A stretch of DNA of 64,000 nucleotides from Carpediemonas membranifera BICM. Taxonomy: Eukaryota > Protista > Fornicata. Below are positions 41,301 through 51,317 of the stretch, piece after piece. A model generated the notes under the pieces. The model did not search any database, was not told where the DNA came from, and saw nothing but the letters and a program-made list of their open reading frames with translations. Where the stretch lies: positions 583,200 through 647,199 of the forward strand of contig JAHDYR010000005.1 of NCBI GenBank assembly GCA_019828565.1, read 5' to 3'. Made by a program: the position numbers and the translations under genes. Position 1 is the first letter of the stretch, and every line of letters starts with the position of its first letter.

Positions 41301-43893
41301 TCACCTTGCCCCCACTGCCCTTGCTGCCGCCAATGCATGCGATGAGGGCAGTGACGAGGTTCCCGAGGCACATGTAGAGCGCCTGGCCGAACCAGCCCGA
41401 CCGGTCCGAGTTCCAGTCGGGCCACCCGCCGTGCTGGCTGTGGAGGTCGAGGCGGATGCTCTTGACGATGGCGTCCATGAAGACCCAACCGGTTCTCACC
41501 GTGTCGACGACGGCCCTGGAGTACTGCTTGTCCGTCAGCACGGCCGTCCACGTGTTGATCACGGCGATGTACGATGCCATGCGGTCGCCCCCGAATCCCG
41601 TGAGATCGAGCACGTGCTTGAGATAGGTATCCACGACGCCCACCCGCTCGCCCCCCTCGAGCACCATGCCGTCGACCGTCGAGACAAAGTTGGCGATGGC
41701 GATGAGCGCCTCGGCGGCCAGCGGCAGGCCGTTGGGCAGCCCATGGAAGCTAACAACGAGCTTGAACAGCACCGTCATGATTACGGGCAGCGACTCGACC
41801 AGCTCCGGGTCTGGGCGCCGCGTCAGGTTGCGGAGAGTCTCGCGGGCGTGCGTGTCGAAGGTCTTGCGGTCACCGATGGCGCTGTGGCCGACGGAGACTA
41901 TATCGAACAGGCGGTAGAGCCCGGCGATGGCGCCCGAGCTCGTGTGCATCGTCGAAACGGAGGCGGCGCTGAGCTCTACGATGGGCTGGCCCCTGTCGTG
42001 GAACTGGAGCTCCTCGGGCGGGGTCCGGCCCGTGAATGCGGCCAGATAGCCGGAGACTGGCTCGACGGCGAGGGGGAACCCGGCCAGCTCCGTGTCGGTG
42101 AGCCGGTCGTCCTGCATGAGGGGGAATGCGGTGAACCCGATGGGCGTCATGATGTCGCCGGGCTTGTCCTTGACGGTGATGTGGTAGAAGGTGATGCGGA
42201 CGTGGTGGCTTTCAGTGCAGGGGAACGGTAGCTGGATGCGGGCCTCGTCGCTGAAGAACCTCGTCTTGGCGTGGTAGACCGTCGCCGAGTAGTGCTCCGT
42301 CCGGTATCCGCTGATGCCCTCCTTGGGCAGGATCAACTTCAGCGGCTCGGCATCGACGTCGTCTGTGGCGAACAGCTGGATCTTGGCGATGATGTTGCGG
42401 CACGCCACCCTCTTGACTCGGTTGAAGTCGACCTTGAGCAGTCGGACGAACATGAGCTCCATGTACCGCAGGGCCGGCTGGACGACGGCGCTGAACGACT
42501 CGCTAACCTTGACGCGCTCATTCGCAAGCCCGACCTCGTCGCCGCACTTCGACACGTCCACGCCGCTCAGGGACAGGATGGTGGGCAGACTCGCCGAGCA
42601 GGGCCCCTCCTGGCATGCGCTGACATCGGTGGCGGCGTCCTTCAGGGGGATCAGGTCGGGTGTCACCCGGAGCTTGGGAATGAGAGTCACGTGCTTGTCA
42701 TCTTCGGGGTCCGCGGCCGGGACGAGCGGGGAGCCTGACACCGTACTGGATCTCGAGGACGCATACCGGTTAGGGTATGCCTTGGGCTTGCGGGGTGACC
42801 CGGCGAAGTGAGCCCGGACAGTGCTAAGCGGCATCGTCAGCGCGGCCCCGATCACGGCGACGGAGGCCTTGGTCGGCCTGAGACGCTGAGTGTGGGTTGG
42901 GCTAAGCATCTCCTTGGACGCCGCGATGATGGCGGCGTCGGTGAGGTCCGCGGGGGTCTTGGGTCGCATCAGGGGGAGCTGGTTGAGCCCGGCGAGGTCG
43001 AACGTCGGGACCTCCTGGCGCCGCACCAAGGAGTACACGGGCATTGCGGACCACAGGATGCACTGGCGGCACTGCCGCAGTCGGGTGAAGTGCGCCGCAT
43101 TCTTGGTGCGGTGCTTGGCCACGCGGTCTGCGCTGGGGCGGGTCATCAGGTCGAGCGTGGCGTCGTCGCCCTGGATGACGCGGAAGAGGCGGCACACGAG
43201 GAAGATGTCGATGCTCGGCTCGGCGACAGTGAAGATCGTCGTGTGGGACGGCGATGGGTCCTCGCAGACCAGCATCCGGTCCTCCTCCCCGTTCAGGGGC
43301 ACACTGAACTCCTCGCTGAGTCGCTTCCCCGTGCGGCCGTTGACGAGGACAAAAGACCCCCACAACGGCTCGATCGGGCCGTCCTTCAGCATCAGGCCCG
43401 CTACGTGCAGCAGGAAGGACGTGCCGTCGTTGGTTTGGAAGGGCGCGATGGCAGGGTGATCCCGGAAGCACAGGTTGCTGACAATGTTGGCGGGCTCGGT
43501 CGGCTTGAAGGCCACCAGAAGTGGCTGGCGACTATTGTCGTTGAGCTTTGTCAGCTCAGCGATGTTTGGTCTGTCGAGGGCCATGGCTGGGTCGCACAGG
43601 TCTGTCTGCACGGCGTCGGGGAACAGGGCGTTGACACCAGCACGGGACTCCTTGCGGGCCTCCGCGGGGAAGACGTGCTTCACATCAGGAGGAACTACTG
43701 GTGGATACGGTTCATCGCGGATCTCCACCGTCCTGTAGGGCGTCGAGTAGAACTGGCCGAATTCCTGGACATACGCCGAATCAGCTTCCTCTTTGTACTT
43801 AAGAGGCAGCGATGGACGCAAGCAATCATTCTCCTTGTCGTGTTGTTCTAGGCGAAGCTCGTCCGGTTGAATCTGACCGAGCACAGACGCCAT
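38302..43893 (-). CDS. DOCK-family (DOCK-C/D type) Rho GEF with DHR1 and DHR2 domains
   Basis: DHR1 VYHAK..FSDEARIQLP..HHVRITFYHI; DHR2 GTFYRVGFFG, GKEYIYRE, LQ...GSV.VQVNAGP. Confidence 0.92.
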   Translation of the reverse strand: MASVLGQIQPDELRLEQHDKENDCLRPSLPLKYKEEADSAYVQEFGQFYSTPYRTVEIRDEPYPPVVPPDVKHVFPAEARKESRAGVNALFPDAVQTDLCDPAMALDRPNIAELTKLNDNSRQPLLVAFKPTEPANIVSNLCFRDHPAIAPFQTNDGTSFLLHVAGLMLKDGPIEPLWGSFVLVNGRTGKRLSEEFSVPLNGEEDRMLVCEDPSPSHTTIFTVAEPSIDIFLVCRLFRVIQGDDATLDLMTRPSADRVAKHRTKNAAHFTRLRQCRQCILWSAMPVYSLVRRQEVPTFDLAGLNQLPLMRPKTPADLTDAAIIAASKEMLSPTHTQRLRPTKASVAVIGAALTMPLSTVRAHFAGSPRKPKAYPNRYASSRSSTVSGSPLVPAADPEDDKHVTLIPKLRVTPDLIPLKDAATDVSACQEGPCSASLPTILSLSGVDVSKCGDEVGLANERVKVSESFSAVVQPALRYMELMFVRLLKVDFNRVKRVACRNIIAKIQLFATDDVDAEPLKLILPKEGISGYRTEHYSATVYHAKTRFFSDEARIQLPFPCTESHHVRITFYHITVKDKPGDIMTPIGFTAFPLMQDDRLTDTELAGFPLAVEPVSGYLAAFTGRTPPEELQFHDRGQPIVELSAASVSTMHTSSGAIAGLYRLFDIVSVGHSAIGDRKTFDTHARETLRNLTRRPDPELVESLPVIMTVLFKLVVSFHGLPNGLPLAAEALIAIANFVSTVDGMVLEGGERVGVVDTYLKHVLDLTGFGGDRMASYIAVINTWTAVLTDKQYSRAVVDTVRTGWVFMDAIVKSIRLDLHSQHGGWPDWNSDRSGWFGQALYMCLGNLVTALIACIGGSKGSGGKVTLGLTDLKALATSTALFLYDLMYTCDHGKIFGLIADVLNQRGVWDDGEASGISDSRSEFLRVIFSHPLLVQLSHPVPLRLGHTKVKGAVVSVRNAVSVLSQDQRLPGILAEEVKRGLLSTKTTVRLGSAHLLHEVLHRADVRYGNDIVMLPLKASVATLFYPILLTILDHYTTAFARDISQSLVESQELVLQSALWILTSIEQQLLWDTLAQASPAQLASVSRILTDSVRLFSYSRQQAVKRESRIGDGVPAALDAKAELEAKYRNMVRGRGTLSRGSQSTLRGSRSSKQSRPTLSMHTTQMGTVNGALVPADRTESPAGEALLSVMHVMSEILTATGPAMATPAVATVVLDTVCVVAGAELSDIAARRLPILIQQLCDVASDQLFRGAGAEYTRTLVGVGLRLLGSKSADHRRAGVQLLYTLVRGNYREMRQINRVKFQMITGLSALSSLITDADDQVRASFAALSAYSEVDTKLPNHPLFQAAVRSMTETLATIVHDTVVVESGGAQDPETLADMYLRIADGYSATPALRAANLNMLVEHLDPTPTAAELEKIAKMPEDELNRHLEVTTKRPMVEAGIAVLYVAALTAEMLSVPAPPAMSAFGDELSLAEALRRHLSPVVPDMPVQLEADAQLLSEGSDEGTVVALLSQAARRFSDSQLYEFAHTVLTTAAQLCMHFGRFDELVRVQTDLVGVATHIRAVAGLHGERPIGTFYRVGFFGAAFGPLNDGKEYIYRESGLCRLPEIKGRLQDFWGQQLGPKLVMVTEGKPLNPAELDPDKAYLQLTTVKPFFGTVDGTTIPQPRNAFEAKTGVTHFFYENPYVVGGGKLSTATPSNLGSILTVLRTTVSLPAISKRSVVEAKFSLTIDPLQTSISTLEAQIAKLRGEAEREPPEIDSLQIIVAGSVRVQVNAGPAETARAFLKSPDGDERLADLKTRLVELVTVSFETLKVGKAIVPPDRVPFHVECVKGLRTLVADLGELVELPEIEWAAIEMAETVE

Positions 43894-44045
43894 TGTTGGT
43901 GTTTGGGGGGCACATTTATGGCGTTTACGACAACGACCGTAAATCGCCTAGTTGGCCAAGAATGGGCACTAGGACGCCCCGCATGGCCCAGGGCAACACA
44001 CTGTCAACCCCCTGATGGTCACCTATGGTACATTTATCGCGGCGT

Positions 44046-44919
44046 CTACTGGGAGAACGGCGACGTCCACCGCCCCGACACACCCAGCCCCGGGCTGCGG
44101 ACACGGCTCCGCAGCATGCTGACCTGCTGGGACAAGGCGGCCATCGAGTCCGCGGCCATGGCCTTGCGGGCACTGGCCATACTGTCAGATAGGTCCTGGT
44201 TCTCCGAGCGATACGACGCCTCCCGGCCTGCCTGGTCCATCGCGACGTTGAACGTGATCGTGTCGACCTTCTTGGCGAGGGCCGCTTTGAGGTCGTCGAT
44301 GATGTTTTCGAGCACCTCGACGTCGACCTTCCGCTCGAGCACGGTGTTGAGCTCCTTGGGGTCGACGCTGTGTTGCTCGAGGTCCCGCTTGAAGTCCTTG
44401 TACAACCCCCGCCACTCGGTGAGCTCGGCCAACTGGCGGCGGATGACGGCGTCCCTCTCCCGACCGTCCTTGATCTCGCTGTCGATCCGCTTGCACTGGA
44501 GCCACGTCTCCTCGGTCCTCTCGCGGAGCTTGGCCTCCTCCGTCTCGCGCGCCTCCCTCTCCCGCTTGACGTGAACCAGCAGCGCGTCGATCACCTCGTC
44601 CTTAGCCGCGGACGGCATCTTGCCGACGTCCTCTGTGAGCCGGGCGACGGTGAACTGTGTGAGGGTGGGGGAGGGCACGCACGTCTGTGTTAGACAGCCT
44701 GCCGTTCACCTCGACAAGATCGCGGGCCAGCTGGTCAATCATTGCATCCTTGTCGCGAAGTTCAGCCCGGAGGAAGCCCATTTGCTCCTGCAGTCTGGTG
44801 ACCGTGCGGCCTTGCTTCTCAATAGTCGCATAGAATGCCTCAAACTGACTGCGAATCGTGCTTTGGATGTTATACCAATCTTCGCCTCCAAAAGTGCTTT
44901 GATTACCACGAAGTGACAT
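44046..44919 (-). CDS. Coiled-coil hypothetical protein; 28-nt intron (44655-44682)
   Basis: GTGCGT...TCACACAG removal joins ORF 44602-44919 to ORF 44046-44678 in frame (LSNTD|FTVARL). Confidence 0.75.
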
Positions 44920-45052
44920 TGTTCAATCGTTGAATGCGGTTTTGTTTTCTGGTGAACGTTTGGGAAGAAAAATTTTCCCATATCGAATAAAATCCCGCAT
45001 ATCTGCGGATCTCATGCCGTTTAGTCGTGGTATACATGTGCAGTGTCCGTCT

Positions 45053-46587
45053 TCAGTAAAATCCGCCCCGCCCCTTCTCCTCGGGGGTCGCCCGGTGCTT
45101 CTGTTTCCTCGAGGCCCGGTTGCCGCCCATCTGCGTCTTGCCGTGCTTGCTCTTCAGGGCGTTCCCGGGCAGGTTGTACCCGTGCATGTGCGGCACCGGC
45201 CCCGACCCGAACTGCATCACCCGTTGGGACACCTGCGGCAGGGACACTCCGGGCAGACCAGCTGGCCCCGGACCGTGATCCGGACTCTGCGCCTTGGGGT
45301 GCAGCGGCCGGTGCTGCGAGGTTGGCGTGGGGTTCTTGCGGCTGACAGGCTTGTACACGGGCGTCTTGTTGCTGGCGTGGGCCTTCTTGGGCCCGTCCAA
45401 CTGACCGGTCGAGTCCGTCCGCTTCACACTCGAGATACTGGGCAGGTCGAACTGCCCCGTGGCCCTCGGCTGTGGCGACCGACCACTCCGGTCGGACGGC
45501 GGCCTGAGGGGCTCGACGGCGCTCTCGTCGTGCCGCCGCCTCGCCTGTTCCGCCCTAATACGTCTGATGTGATCCCGGAACGGCCCTATGACAGTCTCGT
45601 CCCTGGCGGCGACGCTGAGTCTGCGCCGCTCGAGCGCCTCCGCGGACAAGGCGAGGAGGGGGTGCTCCAGCAGCTTGCCCGCTGTCGGCCGCTTGGACGG
45701 CTGGAGCGTCAGGCACTGCTTGACAAAGTCCGCCTCGACCGCGGTGAGGCACGACCTCTCGAGTATGGCGTCGATCTCGAGCGTCGGGCCGGGCTGGGGG
45801 CGGGTCGACCACTCTCCGTTAACCATTCGGGGCATCGGAAGCTTATGGCGGCGGTATATGGGGTTGCATGCGAAGGAGTTGGCCTGCTCTGCGGGGAGTG
45901 CCCCCAGTCCTCGGACGATGCGGGCGATCATGTCGAGGTCCGAGTTGCCGGGGAAGAGCGGCTGGGCCGTCCGCATCTCGTAGTAGAGACACCCCACTGC
46001 CCAGATGTCGACGGCGTGCCCGTAGTTGGGGTATCCGACGAGCAGCTCGGGGGCGCGGTACCAACGGGTCGAGACGTACTCAGTGAGCAGCGTGATATCA
46101 GACTCCAGGCACCGCGCGAAGCCGAAGTCCGCGATCTTCAGTGACCCGTTGGCGGATATGAGGAGGTTTTCGGGCTTGATGTCACGGTGGACGACGGTCT
46201 GGGTGTGGAGGAACTCGAGGCCCTTCAGCACCTGCCAGATCATGAAGATCACCGTCTCCTGCGTCATGCCCTGCTGGTTCTCTTCGATCATCTCCAGCAC
46301 GGTCTTCTCGAGGTACTCGAAGACAAGGTAGTAGCGACCCCCGCGCCTGAATGCTTCGAGGAGAGTAACAACATTCACGAACCGCAACTTCTTAAGCATT
46401 CGGATTTCTCGCAACGCTGTCTTTCTTACTAGCGCGTCATCGTCAGTTTCCTTGAATCGTTTGATTGCTACATAGTTATCTGAGTCCTTATGCCGACACT
46501 TGATCACAACTCCGTATGTTCTGCATGAAAATGTGAAATAGTGACTTACCCTTCGCCTATGAGATGAAGTGTATCGTAAAGGTCCAT
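45053..46587 (-). CDS. CDK-like (CDKL family) Ser/Thr kinase; 29-nt intron (46521-46549)
   Basis: Spliced MDLYDTLHLIGEG|TYGVV; VAIKRFKE, KTALREIRMLK, HRDIKPEN, DFGFAR, TEYVSTRWYRAPELLVG. Confidence 0.9.
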
Positions 46588-46696
46588 GTTTTGTTAAGTT
46601 GGGGACGGTTTTCCGCGCACAGAACGCGGCTATCAGTTTCGCCAAAAAACGCAGAATAAGGCACCGGTCGGTGTGCTATTGAAGGGTCAAACAATG

Positions 46697-46714
46697 TGTT
46701 TATACTGCGCAACA
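46697..46714 (+). repeat. 18-bp direct repeat TGTTTATACTGCGCAACA, left copy
   Basis: Exact match to 48217-48234; imperfect similarity extends 5' (46677-46714 vs 48199-48234, 32 identities). Confidence 0.9.
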
Positions 46715-46966
46715 CTGCCCTGTCTCCCTCCTACTCACGTCTTAAGTTGGTAGGGGGATCGTCTTCTCCAGGGCTTCCACAAGGCGTCTTCTTGGTGGAC
46801 GTCAGTACAGCTGCAAACATCACAATCGCTCACACGTCGTCTCATTGTCTTCTATTCCACATTAAATTCACTTCTACACTTGTATATGCTGGTAATGGTG
46901 TTCATCGTCGGCTCTTATATGACATCTTCATCAATGACCAGCTGCACACCTGTAGTGCGCAACAAG

Positions 46967-48155
46967 ATGGAGATATATACGATCAAAGCCTCCATCAAGC
47001 AAGCTCTCAGACAGAACTACACCGAAGAACGGAGAGTGGGGGATTACGCCGCAGCAAAATATCTCTACTCATGCCTGCTGGCCCGGCTCGCGGTTGAATG
47101 CTGTGCAGCGCCGGCAACTCCCCCTACATGACGCCGACTTCTACAACGGACTGCTCACTCATCTACGCGGCGGTCATCCGGGTCAGGCCTACGCGGCCAT
47201 CGTGCAGTCGCTATCGGCCACAACATGATGCGAGCATGCCTGTTCGAAAGCGAGCGAAATGGCGGGAGAAAGAGCGCCCCCGACTCGGGACCAATAATGC
47301 CGAGGCTCCGCCCGCGCCGGATCCTGATGCCCACCTCATGGGGTTCGACCCGGGCGCGAGGTCCATCGGAGGGTATTACATCAGGCACCCCGATGGCACC
47401 ACCAGCTCCGGCGTCCTTCCAAAGTGCGGATACACTAAGACGCCAAGTTTCGGCTTTGATATGACGGCCGCGTCGTTCAAGAGCACAAGACAGTGAGTAT
47501 CATCAACTCTATTAGGTTTGTGTTGGACAACGCGAACGACATTTTCGAGGCTGGAATGCGTAAGTCTTTCCGCCGAGTGCGCTTTGCGAACCACATCCTT
47601 CGCCAGAAGCACTTCGCCCGCTGCGGCCAACAGTTGGCTCGGGAGTTCGGTTGGCGTGGCCACCATCCCATCGCCACCCCCATTCGCCTGAAAGTCTTCT
47701 ACGGGAGCTCGGGATTCACCACGCCTGCTGGTATGTTCATTCCTTGCGCGCCATATCGAAAGTTCGCGAGAGAGATAGTTCCCCTTCTCAAGAGGTATAA
47801 CATTGTCGTCGATCTTAACATGGTTAACGAGGATCGCACCACCGTCGTCTGCCCTCACTGCCACGCCCCCTACAAGCGAGTTCGTCCGCGTGATGACCAG
47901 CACGTTCACCCACATCGTGTGATGCTCTGCGAAAAACCACAGTGCCGTGGTGCTCAGTGGCGCGCAACAGTTCCTGATGCTCTGAATGTTGATCATCGGG
48001 ACAAGAGTGCTGCAGAAAACATCCTGTGGCGTTCTCTTGCCACGGAAGATGAGCTCAGTGGCTCTCCGTTCAGTCGCACATCGATCCCGCGCCTTCCAAC
48101 ATCATTCCAGTATCATCAATTGGCTAACCGCCACCATTCGTCTGCTGACGGATGA
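46967..48155 (+). pseudogene. Fanzor (eukaryotic TnpB-like RuvC nuclease), Fanzor1-like, frameshifted and apparently internally deleted
   Basis: RuvC-I LMGFDPG (D 47347), bridge-helix region FRRVRFANHILRQK, VFYGSSGF, RuvC-II VNEDRTT (E 47829), zinc finger CPHC...CEKPQC, RuvC-III HRDKSAAENI (D 48000); N-terminal YTIKASIKQAL. Confidence 0.8.
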
Positions 48156-48236
48156 TATTGTACAGTTTGGTCACTTTGATCGTTCCTTTCAGGCCCTGTC
48201 TTGGAGGTTCGAACAATGTTTATACTGCGCAACAGT
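48135..48236 (+). ncRNA. Candidate Fanzor omega-RNA 3' scaffold plus guide
   Basis: Hairpin 48135-48154 over the stop codon and long imperfect hairpin 48176-48216 ending just before the 18-nt repeat; the position matches TnpB/Fanzor guide RNAs; not demonstrated. Confidence 0.4.
48217..48234 (+). repeat. 18-bp direct repeat TGTTTATACTGCGCAACA, right copy
   Basis: Exact match to 46697-46714. Confidence 0.9.
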
Positions 48237-48516
48237 CGATCCACTTCACCGCTCAGTCATTACCCGTGGCTCCTTCACCGCAGTCCTTAGATTGTCATTG
48301 AATCAAACGCCCATGATCATCGGGGTCGCCCGGGGGTTGCTGAAGGATGGCGCCGAGGTCCCGAGTTTGACGCCTGATGCATTCGCCACATCAAGCCCAT
48401 GACCTTATGCGCACTACCGCCCTCATTTACATCCCAGGACGTGTACGGCGATAAACGGATTGTCACCACGAGGGGATGACAAGCCGAAGCAGGGGAATCC
48501 GGTATCACAAGTGCTG

Positions 48517-51270
48517 ATGCCGTGTTGTCGAAGTAATATTATCGCAGACTTGCTCTCCATTGACCGTGAGATCCAAATACTGGAGGATCAGCTCGACGAG
48601 ACCGATGGTGATCTCAATCTTCTCGATATTGTCCTCCATGACATCGCCCCGGTTCTCTACTGTGATTTTACACCATCGCTGACCATCTCAGACAGCAACG
48701 GGGCCTTCAACCTCCTCTATAACTGCCCTCCCCCCGCCATGCTCGGCAAGGCCGCATCCCTGACTCACACAGCGCCCTCTACAGTCTGGACTGACAGCAT
48801 TGAGGTGGGTGGGGTCGGGCATCCGGTGGTGTGGGTCATCAAAGGTGTGTACGTCCGCGGTCAGCTGACGACCGTGGCGGCCGTCGGGGTTGACACGGCC
48901 CAGGCCGTATCTGCTCCTAGCGACGGCATGGAGGATATACCGCTGTTCGACCTGCTAGACATCGCGTCCTCGGGCTTCTGGGTGGGTGAGGTTGGCCCTC
49001 AGTTCCCTAACGGGGTCCGCATCGTGTACGCCAGTAGACGCACCGCTGAGTACAGCGAGATCCCGACCGAGGAGATGTACAGCTCCCCCTCTGCGTGGCT
49101 GGACTCAGTGGTGCCCGAGTGCCAGGATGAGCTGACGCAGGCCTTCTGTTTCGCCTCTGGGCAGCCCGAGTTCGAGGTTTCCTACAGGGTGAGGGGCGTC
49201 AAGACCGGTAACACGAGGTGGCTGCGGGCGAGAGGCGTGAGGGCGGTGTGGGACGGCGTGACGATGGCGTTTGGGACCATCGAGGACGTAACCCCGAAGG
49301 TGGAGGCCGAGGCCTTCCGCCAGCGTCTGCGGCTCATACTGAATGGCATGCAGGCCGGGCAACCCGACATCATCGCCCTGTACGACATCAGCCGGTACAA
49401 GGCCCACGGCACGATCGAGCCTCTCTTCCTGACGCAGGCAATTGAGCGGATCACGGGCATCCCCTGGCGGCCCATGCTCCACAGAGCCCTTGACCCCAAG
49501 GACATCGCCGTCTCCTTCCACCCGGATGAACGTGGCTGGGCGATGAACAGGCTGCGGCTGTTCCTGGAGGGACAGGGGCCATTCCGCATCGAGCACCGCT
49601 TCGTCCACATCCACACGGGTGCCTTGAGACACATGGTCACGCAGGGGGCGATAGGGCGCGATAAGGCTGGCCAGCCGGCCAGCGCAATCATCATTGGGTT
49701 TGACCGCACCGCCGAGCATGCCGCGGTGACAGCGATGCGGCGGACGGAGCAGCTGTTCGAGCGGATGTCCGAGACCATCGAGGACGCCTTCTACATCGCG
49801 GATCCGGCGACGATCCTCGAGGAGCGGTACAACCCCGATCACCTACAGCACATCTCCGCCGCGGCGTGGAACATCTTCGGTATCTCCGCACCAGTGCTGT
49901 GCGACAACCCCGTGTTGTGGCTCGACACAGTTGTCCCAGAGGACAGGCAGCGCGTGGACGACCAGCTCACCGCCTTCCGCAACGAAGCCCGGGACAACCC
50001 CGTGACGGCCCGGTTGGCGATCACATATGATATCGACGTCGACGGCGTCCAGAAGCGGATCATGCACAAGAGCCGTATGACAGTGAACATGCGGGGTAGG
50101 GCAGTCAACTTCGTCGGGACGTGGACGGACATCACGGCGCACGCCCGGGAGGAGATCGCGCTTAATCGGGTCAGACGGCGGTACGAGTTCATGAGCGACA
50201 ACATCGAGGCCGTATACTACCTGATCTCCAGGGTGCCCGGCAGCCACGAATTCGAGGTTCTCAACGTCAACCGCTACTACGAGACGCTGACGGGCCGCTC
50301 CATCGAGCCCTTGCTCAGTCGGGGTTCGGCTGAGTGGTTCGAGCTGGTACACCCCGACGACAAGGAGCACATCATAGCTGACGGCCAGGACAAGGTGTTC
50401 CGGCTGCTCCTGGACGACGGCCGGGTGCGCCACGTCGTCGATAGGAGGGTGCAGTTTAAGGTTATTGATGGCAAGGTCGAGTCGGCCGGCCTGATCGTCG
50501 ACATCACGGAGCTTGTTACCTCGCAGAACAGGAAGCTCGAGGCTCAAGCCCAGCTCCACCGCGCACAGCGGCTCGAGAGCCTCGGCGTCCTAGCGGGGGG
50601 GGTTGCGCACGAGTTCGGGAACATGACCGCGGTGATCATGGGGAACGCGGACATGGCGTTCGACATGTGTGATGAGGAAACCGGGGTGCACGCGCTGCTG
50701 GAGCCGATCATCGAGGCGTGCACCAGGGCCAGCGTCTTCACGGGGAAGCTGCTGGCGTACTCGGGCAAGGGAATGAACACCGTCACCCGAGTAAACCTGA
50801 CTCGGCTCTTGCTAGAGCTCAAGGACTTCGTCCAGGCCAGCCTGCCGCCCAACGTCAGCGTGGAGTTGGCGCTGGTGCCGGAGGACTCCCTCCCGCCTGT
50901 CTGCGGCGACCCTCAGCAGCTCCGACAGGTGGTGAGCATCCTGGTCAACAACGGCGCCGAGGCCATCGGGGCTGAGCAGGGCCGCCTCATCATCTCGACG
51001 CGGCAGTGCTCCTGCGAGACCCAGTGCTGCGTCATCATGTCGGTGGCGGACACAGGCGTCGGCATGGACGAGCGGACCCGCAGCCGTCTCTTCGACCCGT
51101 TCGTCACCCGGGAGGTTGGCAAGGGCATGAGCCTGGCAGCAGTACACGGAATCGTCTCCAACCACGGCGGGATGGTCAGCGTGCGGTCGGCCTTGGGCGA
51201 GGGCGCGGAGTTCACCGTGACCCTGCCCGCCTCGGAGGGTCGTCGCTGTAGAATAAAGAAACCGTATTAG
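48517..51270 (+). CDS. Multi-PAS sensor histidine kinase, paralog of 4581-7433
   Basis: PAS/PAC repeats, LESLGVLAGGVAHEFGN, QLRQVVSILVNNG, VADTGVGM, LFDPF, HGG.VSVRS..GEGAEF.V.LP. Confidence 0.9.
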   Translation: MPCCRSNIIADLLSIDREIQILEDQLDETDGDLNLLDIVLHDIAPVLYCDFTPSLTISDSNGAFNLLYNCPPPAMLGKAASLTHTAPSTVWTDSIEVGGVGHPVVWVIKGVYVRGQLTTVAAVGVDTAQAVSAPSDGMEDIPLFDLLDIASSGFWVGEVGPQFPNGVRIVYASRRTAEYSEIPTEEMYSSPSAWLDSVVPECQDELTQAFCFASGQPEFEVSYRVRGVKTGNTRWLRARGVRAVWDGVTMAFGTIEDVTPKVEAEAFRQRLRLILNGMQAGQPDIIALYDISRYKAHGTIEPLFLTQAIERITGIPWRPMLHRALDPKDIAVSFHPDERGWAMNRLRLFLEGQGPFRIEHRFVHIHTGALRHMVTQGAIGRDKAGQPASAIIIGFDRTAEHAAVTAMRRTEQLFERMSETIEDAFYIADPATILEERYNPDHLQHISAAAWNIFGISAPVLCDNPVLWLDTVVPEDRQRVDDQLTAFRNEARDNPVTARLAITYDIDVDGVQKRIMHKSRMTVNMRGRAVNFVGTWTDITAHAREEIALNRVRRRYEFMSDNIEAVYYLISRVPGSHEFEVLNVNRYYETLTGRSIEPLLSRGSAEWFELVHPDDKEHIIADGQDKVFRLLLDDGRVRHVVDRRVQFKVIDGKVESAGLIVDITELVTSQNRKLEAQAQLHRAQRLESLGVLAGGVAHEFGNMTAVIMGNADMAFDMCDEETGVHALLEPIIEACTRASVFTGKLLAYSGKGMNTVTRVNLTRLLLELKDFVQASLPPNVSVELALVPEDSLPPVCGDPQQLRQVVSILVNNGAEAIGAEQGRLIISTRQCSCETQCCVIMSVADTGVGMDERTRSRLFDPFVTREVGKGMSLAAVHGIVSNHGGMVSVRSALGEGAEFTVTLPASEGRRCRIKKPY

Positions 51271-51317
51271 TGCCAACGGTGCAGTTTAGTAACTAACATG
51301 TATACACTGACCGGGAC

